A stretch of 64,000 nucleotides of DNA from an uncultured Methanosarcinaceae archaeon (GCA_963722085.1 CAVRNH010000006.1:4675-68674), one strand, 5' to 3'; positions 41,865-52,465 are shown, numbered from the stretch's first letter. Numbers and translations are program-made. The notes: a model not told the origin generated them from the sequence alone.

Positions 41865-43142
41865 CTTACTCTTTCTTTTAGGACGATATTTAAGGGAAAT
41901 ACAATTGAAAGTTATAATTAATTTATGATTCTGAGCCTTTCAAGTCCTAACTTTATTTTTTGTATTTCTTATTTCCTTGGCGAATTAATCTTAAAAATCT
42001 TTTTACGAAGAGCACAAATTATATTGTATCACTATTTCTCTCGCTGGATGCATCCCTTCTTTTATTAATTAATTATTATTCTCTGGCGTCTAAGCCTTCT
42101 GAGTCTACTTTGAACCGGATATTTTCAAGAATTTAGTTAGCTATTCCCTTCTTGAGCCGGATATCTTAATACATTTATATGACTACTCCTTTCCAGTAGC
42201 CAGGTGAGTTCCTTCTCTGCGGCCATTAGAATCCTCCGAAACCCAAGCTTCATTCCCCAATAATCGGCTACAACTAAACTACGGTTAGGATTTCGATCAA
42301 CTACTTTAAAAACTGGCTTTAATAACTGTTTGCAGTCTCTCAAGTAGTAGTATTTAAGGGACAAGGAATTATTTAATTTAAAAATAAGTTAAAAGCCTGC
42401 GCGACACAACTGTAACCAGAAAACTTTGAAATTCCTTTTGAGCCTTGCTAGGCATTGGAGACTTTTTAACAGATTAGTATTTCGTTCTCAATGCGTTTTT
42501 ATCTACTTTTTCAGACTGATAATTTAAAGATTTATATTCTTTCGCCCGGGAAATCGTGACACCTTTAAATACTTTTCTGTTACTTATTCTCTTTTATCCT
42601 TAATTTTTATTTATATCCTACTTACTTACTATCTTAACATGGTATAGTAATTAAAAATAATGATCAAGAGTTTTATCCTGCTTTCTGGAAGTGATATGAA
42701 AACTAATCTCACTCCTTGCTGCTACCTTTTTAGCTAAAGCATTAAGAGTATTTAGGCACCACTGGGTTTTAAAAGTTGACAATGTTCTCATGAACTTATA
42801 TTTTCTATGAGTAGGGGAAATTAGTAAGTGATATAAATTATTTTAAAACTTTAGCTCACATGATATTGATTTTGCAAATATATCCCAAAAAATGCAATTA
42901 AGAAAATATATTTTTAAAAAGACTAATTTCTAGAGATAATTAGTTATTAACATAGTTCTATATATATAGTCTAAGCCAAGCATAGATTTTCAATATAACA
43001 AATTAATTTGGTCTCTTATTTTTTTATCAAATCGAAAAGTTTTAATCTTATTGGCTAGTCATGCATAAATATCTCATGTAAAATCTCGGAATTTTATATG
43101 AGCTGGGTATAAAAAAGGAAGAGAACTTTAGAGGTATTATTA

Positions 43143-43435
43143 ATGAAAAAAATGTTAAAGATTATAGCAATGCTCCTTGTTATTGCTACTGTTGTCTTTG
43201 CAGCCGGTTGTGCCGGACCTAAGGCAGAAGAAAATAAGACAGTAGCAACTGAAAGTGGACATGAAAACGCATCCTTAGCCGTAATTCCAGCTGAAAACGC
43301 ATCTGAGAAGATCTGAGAACGTATCTGAAAATGTAACTGTAAACGCAACCGACGTTGTTCCAGTTGTTGACAACATGACTGCTGACAACGAATCTGCTGA
43401 CAACGACAATGAATAAAATGCAACTGCTGCTTAAC
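43143..43435 (+). pseudogene. Degraded low-complexity lipoprotein
   Basis: Begins MKKMLKIIAMLLVIATVVFAAGC after a GAGGT RBS and stops near 43316. ENxS/ENxT-rich sequence continues in another frame. Confidence 0.6.
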
Positions 43436-43714
43436 TGAAGAAGTTGCATTTGAATATGAAAAATCAAAGTTAAGTTAACACTTAAAAAGAACTATTTAAG
43501 TAGCCTTTTAAGAAGGCTACAAGTTTCTATTTTTTCAGCAACTTTTGAATATAGGCCAATTGTGGCTTTATAATCTCTGAACTAATAATTAAATATTATA
43601 TTTCGATTAGAGTTATCTCTATATTTTTTCAGTACTTTGTCCAGGAGAATTTATAAAATTTTTAATTAAATATTTGTCATACTATTAAGTTAAAAAGTGC
43701 CTATAACTTTTGCT

Positions 43715-43830
43715 GAGCTTATCCTAAAACCCATTTTGTTCTTAATCACCAAGATTCTCAAGTTTTCAGGATCAGATACTTCAGTGATTACTCAAAGGCA
43801 AGATTCAAAGAAGTAAATTTTAGGTTACTC
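43715..43830. mobile_element. Degenerate MITE-like element
   Basis: Imperfect IR GAGCTTATCCTAAAA ... TTTTAGGTTACTC around about 115 bp. Confidence 0.35.
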
Positions 43831-43886
43831 ATAGGCTCGTACAGATAATTATTTATGCAGAATAGGCTTGTGCATTTCTAGTAGCT

Positions 43887-44192
43887 ATGATGAAACTAAA
43901 AGAAATAAAAGATAATGCAAAAAAAGTAAAGGATAACACAAAAAGATACAGAGAGCTATGCAAGCTTCTATATGCAGACTCACGAACTCCCAAAGTTTCA
44001 AAATTACTATTATGGATTACCATAGGCTATGCATTATCACCAATTGATTTAATACCTGATTTTTTACCTGTAATTGGATATCTCGATGACATAATAATCC
44101 TTCCTGCTCTTTTGTATCTAGCAATAAAATTGATACCTAAGAATGTATATATAGAAAATTATAACCACGTTTTCAAGAAACAAGTTTTTTAG
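43887..44192 (+). CDS. YkvA/DUF1232 membrane protein
   Basis: Motif YALSPIDLIPDFLPVIGYLDD. Confidence 0.9.
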   Translation: MMKLKEIKDNAKKVKDNTKRYRELCKLLYADSRTPKVSKLLLWITIGYALSPIDLIPDFLPVIGYLDDIIILPALLYLAIKLIPKNVYIENYNHVFKKQVF

Positions 44193-44347
44193 CCAGGAAA
44201 TAAGTGTGCAATCTTTGTGTTTTTATATTTAGAGACCGCTTAACAATACCTCTATATTTAACTTTTTTAACAACAGTTTTAACTTATACTCATATTTTTA
44301 TGGAATGGTTTACTTTTATAATAACAATTGTTACTGAGGCCAAAAAA

Positions 44348-45241
44348 ATGAAAGAAACCCTGAAAGCTTACATCGACCTCACTCGTGCCCACTTTCTCCC
44401 TGCCTGGCCCATTACTTTCTGCTCTGGGCTGCTGCTTGCTTTTGCAAATTACGGTGGCTTTTCCTGGCCATTGACTATTAAGGTAGCTTTAATAGGCCTT
44501 TTTGGGTTTGAAGCCGGATTCGTACTCAATGATTATGTGGACAGAAATAGAGATAGACTTGATGTAGAGAACAAACTTACAAAATACTGGAGGCCGTTTA
44601 AAGAAAGGCCCATTCCCTCAGGGAAGATCTCTTCAAAAAATGCCTTCTTCCTGTTTATAGTGCTTTCATTGATTACCTCGGCCCTGATCTTTACCCTTCC
44701 CTATCCAAATTCACTCTATGTTTTTATAATAATGCTTTACTCTTACGGCATTGAGGTTTTTTATCAGGTGAAAAAAAGAAACCAGAAGTATCCGGTTGCT
44801 CAACTTCTGGGCAGGACTGACTTCACTCTCTTTCCGGCTGCAGGCTATCTCTGCTATGGGCAGCCTGATATGACTATGCTTCTTTATATTGTCTTCTTTT
44901 ATCCCTGGACAATGGCGCACCTGGGATTAAACGACTTTATCGACCTCGAGAACGATCGTGCGAGAGGAATGAACTCGATAACAGTCCTTTATGGTTCAAA
45001 AGGGACTATGTACTGGATAACAGGCTTTACACTCCTTCATCTCCTTACTGCTACTTTCTTCCTCAAGCAGCTTGGAACTATTGCTCACTATGGTTTTCTT
45101 GCAGCCTTTGTAATTCTTGTAGCATCCAATCTCTATCTATGGAAAGAAAGGAGTCCGGGAGCAGGTTTAAGAATACTTCCTCTCTTCCATTTGACGTTAA
45201 TAATCTATGCAATTTCAATTATTCTTGATTTTGTATACTGA
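44348..45241 (+). CDS. UbiA-family prenyltransferase, paralogue 1
   Basis: Motifs NDYVDRNRD, RPIPSG and DFIDLEND, with multiple TM helices. Start at MKETLK. Confidence 0.88.
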   Translation: MKETLKAYIDLTRAHFLPAWPITFCSGLLLAFANYGGFSWPLTIKVALIGLFGFEAGFVLNDYVDRNRDRLDVENKLTKYWRPFKERPIPSGKISSKNAFFLFIVLSLITSALIFTLPYPNSLYVFIIMLYSYGIEVFYQVKKRNQKYPVAQLLGRTDFTLFPAAGYLCYGQPDMTMLLYIVFFYPWTMAHLGLNDFIDLENDRARGMNSITVLYGSKGTMYWITGFTLLHLLTATFFLKQLGTIAHYGFLAAFVILVASNLYLWKERSPGAGLRILPLFHLTLIIYAISIILDFVY

Positions 45242-45532
45242 GCCAATAAAAGGTAATTGATTTTAAAAAGCAGGAAATTAGGGCAGGGTCTTCCGAATCT
45301 TGATTTTTCGTTTTTTTCTTTTTTTCTTATACTTTTTTTATTCGTTTTTTCTTTCTTTTTCTTTCTTTCTTTTTGTTTTTTCATCTTCCATTTTCAGATC
45401 CTAGATACTGTTTAGATTATAAACACCAAACTTATATTCCAAACAGTTTGGGACGATAAGTGTTAATATTTCGGCGTTGTTGCAAAAAACTATAAGCATA
45501 TAATCCCCCTTTTATTATTCGGGGATGAGGGC

Positions 45533-46426
45533 ACGAAAGAGACTATTAAGGCCATAATAGACCTGACAAGAGCTCATTTTTTTATTGTCTGGATTTTACT
45601 TTTTTACTCTGGTCTTGCACTTGCTTTTAAGAACTATGGGGCTTTTTCTTGGCCTGTAACTCTCAAGGCTATTTTGATAGGGCTTTTCGGGTTTGAAGGT
45701 GGGCTTGTCCTCAATGATTATGTTGACAGAAGGAGAGATAGCCTTGATGTCGAAGGCTCCCTTACAGCTTACTGGAGGCCTTTTAAAAGCCGGCCACTTC
45801 CGTCGGGAAGGATTTCCCCTAACTTTGCCCTGGCGGCCTTTTTACTGCTTTCTGGGCTTACAGGAATCATGATGCTCACTTTGCCTTATCCTAACTTCTT
45901 TTACGTGTTTATTACAATGCTTTCATCATGTATCATTGAATATTTCTATCAGGTCAAAAGAAAAAACCAGACTTTTCCTGTTGCACAGCTAGTAGGAAGA
46001 ATGGACTTTACACTTTTCCCAGTAGCAGGCTATCTATGCTACGGGCAGCCTGACACTTTAATCTTGCTCTATGCGCTTTTTTTCTATCCCTGGACTCTTG
46101 CACACCTTGCAGTTAACGATTTCATTGATACGGAAAATGACAGGGTAAGAGGAATAAAATCTATTCCTGTGCTTTATGGCACTCAGGGGACGTTGATCTG
46201 GATCTCAGGTTTTACGCTTGTACATTACTTTACAGCGCTTCTTTTTTTAAAACAACTTGGAGATATTGCACTTTACGGTTTTTTAGTAAGTTTTCTGGTT
46301 TTAGGGTTTACAAATTATAAACTTATCAGAGAGAAAAGCCAGAAAGCAGGCCTATCTGCACTTTTCCTTTACCATGTTTCACTCGTGCTTTACTCTATCT
46401 CGATTATCTTTGACTCTTTATTCTGA
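45533..46426 (+). CDS. UbiA-family prenyltransferase, paralogue 2 (apparent ACG start)
   Basis: Motifs NDYVDRRRD, RPLPSG and DFIDTEND. Colinear with paralogue 1 from ACG AAA GAG ACT. Confidence 0.8.
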   Translation, partial: TKETIKAIIDLTRAHFFIVWILLFYSGLALAFKNYGAFSWPVTLKAILIGLFGFEGGLVLNDYVDRRRDSLDVEGSLTAYWRPFKSRPLPSGRISPNFALAAFLLLSGLTGIMMLTLPYPNFFYVFITMLSSCIIEYFYQVKRKNQTFPVAQLVGRMDFTLFPVAGYLCYGQPDTLILLYALFFYPWTLAHLAVNDFIDTENDRVRGIKSIPVLYGTQGTLIWISGFTLVHYFTALLFLKQLGDIALYGFLVSFLVLGFTNYKLIREKSQKAGLSALFLYHVSLVLYSISIIFDSLF

Positions 46427-46531
46427 ACCCGTTTCTGAACATTGTTATCCTTGGCTCTCTATTCTGAACTCGCTTCTGAGCCTTCTTATCCTTGGCTCTC
46501 TATTCTAAATTTGCTTCTGCACCCTCAAAAA

Positions 46532-47506
46532 TTAACTTTTTCTTCTGCAGAGCCTCAATGTATGGCAGCGCAGACTTCCTCCTCCTGCATGCATGGCTTC
46601 CGGATGGAAGGGAATAATCTCTACTCCCTCATTTTCAAGTTTCCTTTTTGTTTCCTGGTCAAGTGCAGTATCATAATGAAAAATGGTCCCACTTTCAAGG
46701 GGGACGAAAGAACAGGCAAGGCGGCTTTGCTCGGAGTCTGATACAGGAATAATGTCCATACCTTTTTCCCTCATGAACGAGTTAAAATCGATTCTTTTTC
46801 GGGAATCTTCTGTAAACAGGAAGGTTTCCTCAAAAGCAGGAAGGTAAGCAAGGGCAAGGTCTTCTCTTATTCTGTTAAAGACCGTATCAGGGTGCATATA
46901 TCGTCTGGCTTTAGGAATGCGGGTGTAAATAACTTCATCAAATTCGCTCAGAATATTCGAAATAAACTCCTTAATTAAGGGGTAAGTATGCCTTTCCGTA
47001 TCAGCCACAAAAATCAATTCTTTTGATAGCAGAAGGCAGCCCTCGAAAAATCCCTCCCCATTGAATTCTTTGAGTATTGATATTCCGAGGTTGTTCAGAG
47101 CTTCTTTAACAACAATTTCCTCCTTCTCCCTTGCAGGCGGATGCATTTTGGAGAGAATTGCACCTTTTCTGGAAATGACTGCAATGTCGTGCAAAAAAGT
47201 AAGATTTGGCATCTTGCGCATCAGTCCCACATTTTTATCCACATAATCCTCAAGCTCATAGACCTTAACTCCGTTTGATTCCAGAAGTTCCTGGTAATTC
47301 CTATGCTCTTCAACATATCCGGAAATATTGGGAACTTCGTCGTAAAGCCAGTATTTATAGTTCGATTCGTTAATTAGGGAGAGTTCATCCCCTGGAGTGT
47401 GTACTAGTACGCTTTTCAACCTCCCCAGCTCTTCACAACCATACGCAATATTCAACCTGGCTTTTTCGACACTGTCCAATTTTGCTATCTGGCAGCCCAT
47501 ACCCAA
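46532..47506 (-). CDS. Arginine deiminase/amidinotransferase (pentein) family protein
   Basis: Motifs ELGRLKSVLVHTPG, PNLTFLHD, FEG, MHPDTVF and GGGSLRC. Confidence 0.85.
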   Translation of the reverse strand: MGMGCQIAKLDSVEKARLNIAYGCEELGRLKSVLVHTPGDELSLINESNYKYWLYDEVPNISGYVEEHRNYQELLESNGVKVYELEDYVDKNVGLMRKMPNLTFLHDIAVISRKGAILSKMHPPAREKEEIVVKEALNNLGISILKEFNGEGFFEGCLLLSKELIFVADTERHTYPLIKEFISNILSEFDEVIYTRIPKARRYMHPDTVFNRIREDLALAYLPAFEETFLFTEDSRKRIDFNSFMREKGMDIIPVSDSEQSRLACSFVPLESGTIFHYDTALDQETKRKLENEGVEIIPFHPEAMHAGGGSLRCHTLRLCRRKS

Positions 47507-47534
47507 AAACCTCCCTTTTGATTAATTGTCAGTC

Positions 47535-48584
47535 TCATATGCGTTTTTTTGCAAGGATTATTGTATTTGCCTTATCTTCACTCAGGAAAGAATTTAGGAC
47601 ATCAAATCCACAAATATTCAAGAAAGCGATAATCTTATCATATGTATATTTATAGGTAAATCCCATGCGAATGATATCCCCTTCCTTGAAATTTATAATG
47701 TCTGGTCCGATTTTGATCTCAGCATCCTTCAGGATATTCAGACTTTTTCGGGTCCTATATACTGCTCCTATGCTGGAATTTACTTCTCCGAGTAAAAGCT
47801 CGAAGTCGAAGTAATCAGGATCCATTCCGTACTGAAGCAGGGGATACATATTGAAAAGAGCATTTTCTCTTGAAGCATATGTTCCTAAGATGGATTTCCT
47901 TGCAGATTGTGCCCTTTCCCCTGAGCCCTGAGTAGGGAGAAGATTGGCATCAACGAAAAAAAGATCGCCTTGCTCAAGGTTTTCATAGACAAGCTTAAGA
48001 ATAAATTCAGGCTCATAATTGCAAAAGGTATTACCTAGAATACAGAACAAAACTGGAAGACGCCAGTGTTTTTTAAGAAGCGGCATTTCCTCTATAAAGC
48101 CAACTATTCCCTTTTTTTCCACAGGCAGGTCCCTTACTTTTTCAAGGGCTATATCTACAAACTGGCTATTTATGTCGATTGGATAATAACGGATTGCCAC
48201 TTTTTCGGAAACGGATTTTTCAGCGAGATTTTTTTTAATTAACTCTTCTAGAAGTAGTCTTTCCTTATCGCCGTTCCCTACCCCAACACTTACAAGACTC
48301 ATGCCTGTGGGAATGAATCTCACGATTGATGCAATATTTTTCTCCAGAAGGACTTTGAGTTGCCGGGCCACAGGAAATGCTTCAGATCCATCAAGGTTCA
48401 GCCAGTTTCTTGCTCCTCCTGTACCTGTATATAGAAGATAATCAGGTATCTCATGTCTTTTGAGACTCTCATATAGTCTCTTTTGGATATCTTCTTCGCT
48501 GATAATTTTGATCTTCTCCGTATTTTCCTTATTTATCGCATTCTCCTGAGTTTGTCCAGACTGCACTTTTCCTACACTGCTCAA
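47535..48584 (-). CDS. EgtD-like SAM-dependent methyltransferase (divergent)
   Basis: Motifs VSVGVGNGDKERLLL, YYPIDIN, LGNTFCN and TYKY. Confidence 0.8.
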   Translation of the reverse strand: MSSVGKVQSGQTQENAINKENTEKIKIISEEDIQKRLYESLKRHEIPDYLLYTGTGGARNWLNLDGSEAFPVARQLKVLLEKNIASIVRFIPTGMSLVSVGVGNGDKERLLLEELIKKNLAEKSVSEKVAIRYYPIDINSQFVDIALEKVRDLPVEKKGIVGFIEEMPLLKKHWRLPVLFCILGNTFCNYEPEFILKLVYENLEQGDLFFVDANLLPTQGSGERAQSARKSILGTYASRENALFNMYPLLQYGMDPDYFDFELLLGEVNSSIGAVYRTRKSLNILKDAEIKIGPDIINFKEGDIIRMGFTYKYTYDKIIAFLNICGFDVLNSFLSEDKANTIILAKKRI

Positions 48585-48651
48585 CTTCCCATCTCCCTCT
48601 TGATCAAACCATGAAAGAAAGTCTCTTGCTCTTTCCTATGTTTTTGATTTC

Positions 48652-49794
48652 TCATTTGAAGCACTGCTGGCACTCCATCCTGAGGGCTTTGAGCGGGTCA
48701 ATCCCCTTGTTTATCCCTATGCTGTAGGCGTATCCGCGGCAGCCTATACACTCATCTCTATGTTCGCAATTCCCGCATCTGCCTTCAAGCACTCTGTCGA
48801 TGTTTCGGACATATGTGAAGAGATCGGAGTCGTAAATCTCTTTGAGGCTGATTTTGTTTATGTTATAGGGATATTTTCCATTAATTGTAAGGGCCGGATG
48901 CTCGTCCAGCTTTGTAGGGGCACAGGGCCGGACATCTCCCTCTATATTGATATACAAACTGTAAAGATGCTGAAGGCAGCCACTTGCAGTAATCGGCGTG
49001 TAAGGCAACCAGTTGTACCCGTAATATTTCCGGTCTATTTCCAGCAATCTTAATTTATAGTCCTTTATCTCGCCAGGTGTAAGTAATTTATCTTCAAGTT
49101 CGTCATTTGCCCTGCCTGTCGGTGTAAGGATTTCCATATTGGGAAAGATGTTATTTTGCCTGCAGAAGTGCCAGATATCCTCAATTTCTTCAAGATTTAT
49201 TTTATTACTGACAAAAGAGACTCCAAGACGAAGTTTTCCAGGCTCTAATGGCTTTGAAAAGCCAGCTTGTAGAAGGTTCTCAAGCCCCTTTTTGATATCT
49301 CGGGAAGCCCCTTTTCTTCCAGCCAGATAGTCCTGGACTTCAGGCTTGAGAGAATCTAACTTTCCCATAACAGAGGCATTGTATTCGTACAGGAAATCAG
49401 CAAGTTCCTCTGAAATCAAAATAGTATTCGAAAAAACTACAGGGATTATCCCAAGGGAATCGATATAGGCAATTAATTCTTTGAAGTTCGGGTATAGAGT
49501 TGGCTCTCCACCACCTATTACAACGACAGACTTGATTCCAAGTTCTTTTGCCTCTGAGATTATGCGTTTGAGAATTTTAAAATCGGCTATTTTTACCAGA
49601 TCTTCTCCACTTTGTGCATAGCAATAGCGACAGCGAAGATTACATGATTTATTTGTTTCAAGACGTATGGCTAAAAGCCTGTTTGAATCCCGGGCCTCAT
49701 GAGCTTCCTGTGCCCCGTACATATATCCTCTCAATATCGGAGGCGGCAAAAATACGTCCCGTTTATCAAAATTTCTCAACTCTTCCCCCAACAT
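48652..49794 (-). CDS. Radical SAM protein with SPASM domain
   Basis: Motifs CNLRCRYC, GGGEP, C...GDVRPC, CGNCEHRDECIGC and a terminal C. Confidence 0.9.
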   Translation of the reverse strand: MLGEELRNFDKRDVFLPPPILRGYMYGAQEAHEARDSNRLLAIRLETNKSCNLRCRYCYAQSGEDLVKIADFKILKRIISEAKELGIKSVVVIGGGEPTLYPNFKELIAYIDSLGIIPVVFSNTILISEELADFLYEYNASVMGKLDSLKPEVQDYLAGRKGASRDIKKGLENLLQAGFSKPLEPGKLRLGVSFVSNKINLEEIEDIWHFCRQNNIFPNMEILTPTGRANDELEDKLLTPGEIKDYKLRLLEIDRKYYGYNWLPYTPITASGCLQHLYSLYINIEGDVRPCAPTKLDEHPALTINGKYPYNINKISLKEIYDSDLFTYVRNIDRVLEGRCGNCEHRDECIGCRGYAYSIGINKGIDPLKALRMECQQCFK

Positions 49795-50041
49795 ATTAAA
49801 ATGTATGGACTCAACTCCTTATCAAGTTGTAAGAAACTAAGTGATATTTTCGAGAACAGCTGGTTGATTTTATTCAAGGTTTTCACTTTTCTTATTCGCT
49901 TTTTTGATTCCTTCTTTTCCCTTTTCTCAAACGTTTACAAAATTCAAGCAGGATATATAGCCTTTTTACATACAAGCTGCTTGTTTCAACATAGCTTATT
50001 TGTCAAGTTTATTATAGCTTTTAATCTTATTTTATTCCAAG

Positions 50042-50986
50042 ATGTTTGAAGAAATTCAGGTTAAAAAAGCTTTGAATAAAATAAAGGCAACCAGCAGGAT
50101 AACATTACCATATCGGTGGGACCTGAATATCTACAGGGGATGTGAGCATGGTTGTAACTACTGCTATGCAATGTATTCTCACAGCTATCTGGAAGAAAAA
50201 GGGAAATATTTTCCCAAAGGGGAAGAAAACTGTGCTTTTTTCCAGAGAATATGTGTAAAAACCAATATTGCAGAAGCTCTCGAAAAACAGATTGGAGCCA
50301 GATCCTGGAAAAAAGAAGTGATTAATATAGGTGGGGTGAGCGACAGCTACCAGCCCACAGAGGCAAAGTATGGACTGATGTGTGAAGTTCTGGCGCTAAT
50401 GATCAAATATAAGAATCCAGTTACCATATCTACAAAATCGGACCTTATACTCCGGGATTACGACCTTCTTCAAGAGCTTGCTGAACTTACATATGTGAAT
50501 GTTGCGGTTACAGTCACAACAATGGATGAAAAGTTAAGTGCCCTGCTGGAACCCACCGCTTCTTCTCCGGAGAGGCGCTTTTCTGTCTTGCGGGAATTAA
50601 AAGATACATCCGCTGTTACCGGGCTCCATATGATGCCGATTCTTCCTTTTCTTACCGACGGCTCTCAGAATTTAGAAAAAATTCTTGCTCTTGCAGCCGA
50701 ATGTAAGGTAGATTATGTTCTGCCTGGAATCCTTTATTTGAGGGGCGAAACCAGAAAGCATTTTTTCGATTTTCTTAAACTTAACTTTCCCGAACTTCTG
50801 AATCCATATCGGAAATTATATGCAAAAGGAGGGGCTGACAGAACCTATAAAACTGAACTTTACAGAATGCTCAAGCCTCTTATGGAAAAATACTATCTGT
50901 CAGGAGACTACATGCGACCCATGGAAACAAAACTTTTCCAACCCAAACAGCTTAAACTAACTGATTTTTCAAGAGAAGATTCTTAA
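50042..50986 (+). CDS. SplB-like radical SAM protein (DNA-repair-associated family)
   Basis: Motifs [29 protein letters not shown] and LEP. Confidence 0.87.
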   Translation: MFEEIQVKKALNKIKATSRITLPYRWDLNIYRGCEHGCNYCYAMYSHSYLEEKGKYFPKGEENCAFFQRICVKTNIAEALEKQIGARSWKKEVINIGGVSDSYQPTEAKYGLMCEVLALMIKYKNPVTISTKSDLILRDYDLLQELAELTYVNVAVTVTTMDEKLSALLEPTASSPERRFSVLRELKDTSAVTGLHMMPILPFLTDGSQNLEKILALAAECKVDYVLPGILYLRGETRKHFFDFLKLNFPELLNPYRKLYAKGGADRTYKTELYRMLKPLMEKYYLSGDYMRPMETKLFQPKQLKLTDFSREDS

Positions 50987-51787
50987 TTATGAAGAGGAAA
51001 TTCTTAATGATGGAGCCTTCTGTAAACTACCAGAGGCAAAAGCTCATTTTTTTTGAGATCTGCCTTTAATACCGCAATCGATTCCTGGCAGTAGTTGAAC
51101 GAGTTAACTTCCTAGTAATATGGATTCTCATGGAGAATGCATATCAAATTATGAGCTCAGATCTTCATAACCACTAATGGCTATCCTTTCATTTCTAGAA
51201 TGACAATCTCTAATGTGATCTTCTGCATGCGCTGGGTGTACAAACACTGCTTCACAAAACAGACAATGATAAAAGTTTGCCATGTTAGGGAGTTACGCAT
51301 TATGATATATAAAGTATTGTTTATGGCGTTTAATTGGGTATAAGAGAACTATTTAAAAACCCGACTCCTCAACTGCCCCGAACCCTACCAAATTTACTTG
51401 AATTTATAGCTAAAATAGCTAAAAGATGATTGCAAGAAAACCACCATCTATGCAGAGCTTGTGTGTCAACTAGAGTTCAATATGCGATAAGCGAAATAGA
51501 TTATGGTTGCAAAAACATTTACTCTGGTTAATTATCATAGGAATTAACAATTAAAATGAACAGAACGGCAGCAGGGTGGCTTCAAATAATCTAATAGTAG
51601 TCCTGCCTGTGAAGCCGCAGTCTTGAAGCTGTAGGCCTCCTCTTCGGCAAACTCTGAATCAAGAGTAATCTGTCTGCAATTTGCTATAGATGGATAATTA
51701 AAGTGGTCATTTTAACGTTAATAGATTCCTTAATCGAATACATATTTATAAATATACTAATTGGTGACTTTATTTGGGGGTAATATA

Positions 51788-52087
51788 ATGGCTGAAGCCT
51801 TGAGACTATCACCAGTTATCAGTGCATATCCTGACGAGAAATATGAGAATCTTCAAATCGAGGTTATTCTTCCGGGAGTGGAAAAGAAAGATATTTCTTT
51901 TAAGATCGACGAAAACAGCTTTTATGTAAAAGCTAGCAAAGAAGGAGTTACTTATCTGGACAGTTATTCAATAGCCTGTCCGGTAGATCCGGAAAAAGCA
52001 GTAGCAAAGTACTCAAATGGTATACTTACTGTTATAGTACCATATCAACAAATGTTGGAAAAGTTAGTTGATGTAAAAATAGAGTAA
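51788..52087 (+). CDS. Hsp20/alpha-crystallin family protein
   Basis: Motifs LPGVEKKDI and AKYSNGILTV. Confidence 0.85.
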   Translation: MAEALRLSPVISAYPDEKYENLQIEVILPGVEKKDISFKIDENSFYVKASKEGVTYLDSYSIACPVDPEKAVAKYSNGILTVIVPYQQMLEKLVDVKIE

Positions 52088-52195
52088 ATTAAAATTTTAT
52101 TCCAAGCCTTTAATGGGCAGGGCCACGGTTAACCTTCCATTTCCCCTATACTTCAAGATTTAAGGAGAAGGGGAAAGGTGCATTTTTTGCGTGAA

Positions 52196-52465
52196 TTATG
52201 TAACATCATCTTTATTCTTTTTTAAATGGAAATAAACGATTAGTCCTAGAGGAATACCTATAATGAGTGATGTGGCTGGCATATTGCTAATTGCCAAATT
52301 AATAGGTTCAGAATTTAATGGGTTATAAAAAAGGGATGTCGAATAAACTGCTTTAGCACAAGATATGAAGAACAGTAAAACGTATACGCATAATGTAAAA
52401 ACAATTGGTGCGAGTATTGTATCGTCTGACCTTATGTTTAATCCCATTTTCCACTTCTCCTTCAA
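52196..52465 (-). CDS. Small two-TM hypothetical protein
   Basis: Two hydrophobic segments. A GGAG RBS precedes the internal ATG. Confidence 0.55.
   Translation of the reverse strand: MKEKWKMGLNIRSDDTILAPIVFTLCVYVLLFFISCAKAVYSTSLFYNPLNSEPINLAISNMPATSLIIGIPLGLIVYFHLKKNKDDVT

Noticed and set aside
42137..42364. 75-aa ORF
   Set aside because: It has no recognisable motif or RBS, so it cannot be supported as a gene.
46532..47506. Calling the pentein arcA of the ADI pathway
   Set aside because: It is shorter than ADI, the FTRD motif is altered, and no arcB, arcC or arcD is nearby.
47535..48584. Calling the methyltransferase egtD / ergothioneine biosynthesis
   Set aside because: The substrate-side motifs diverge and no sulfur-inserting partner is present in the window.
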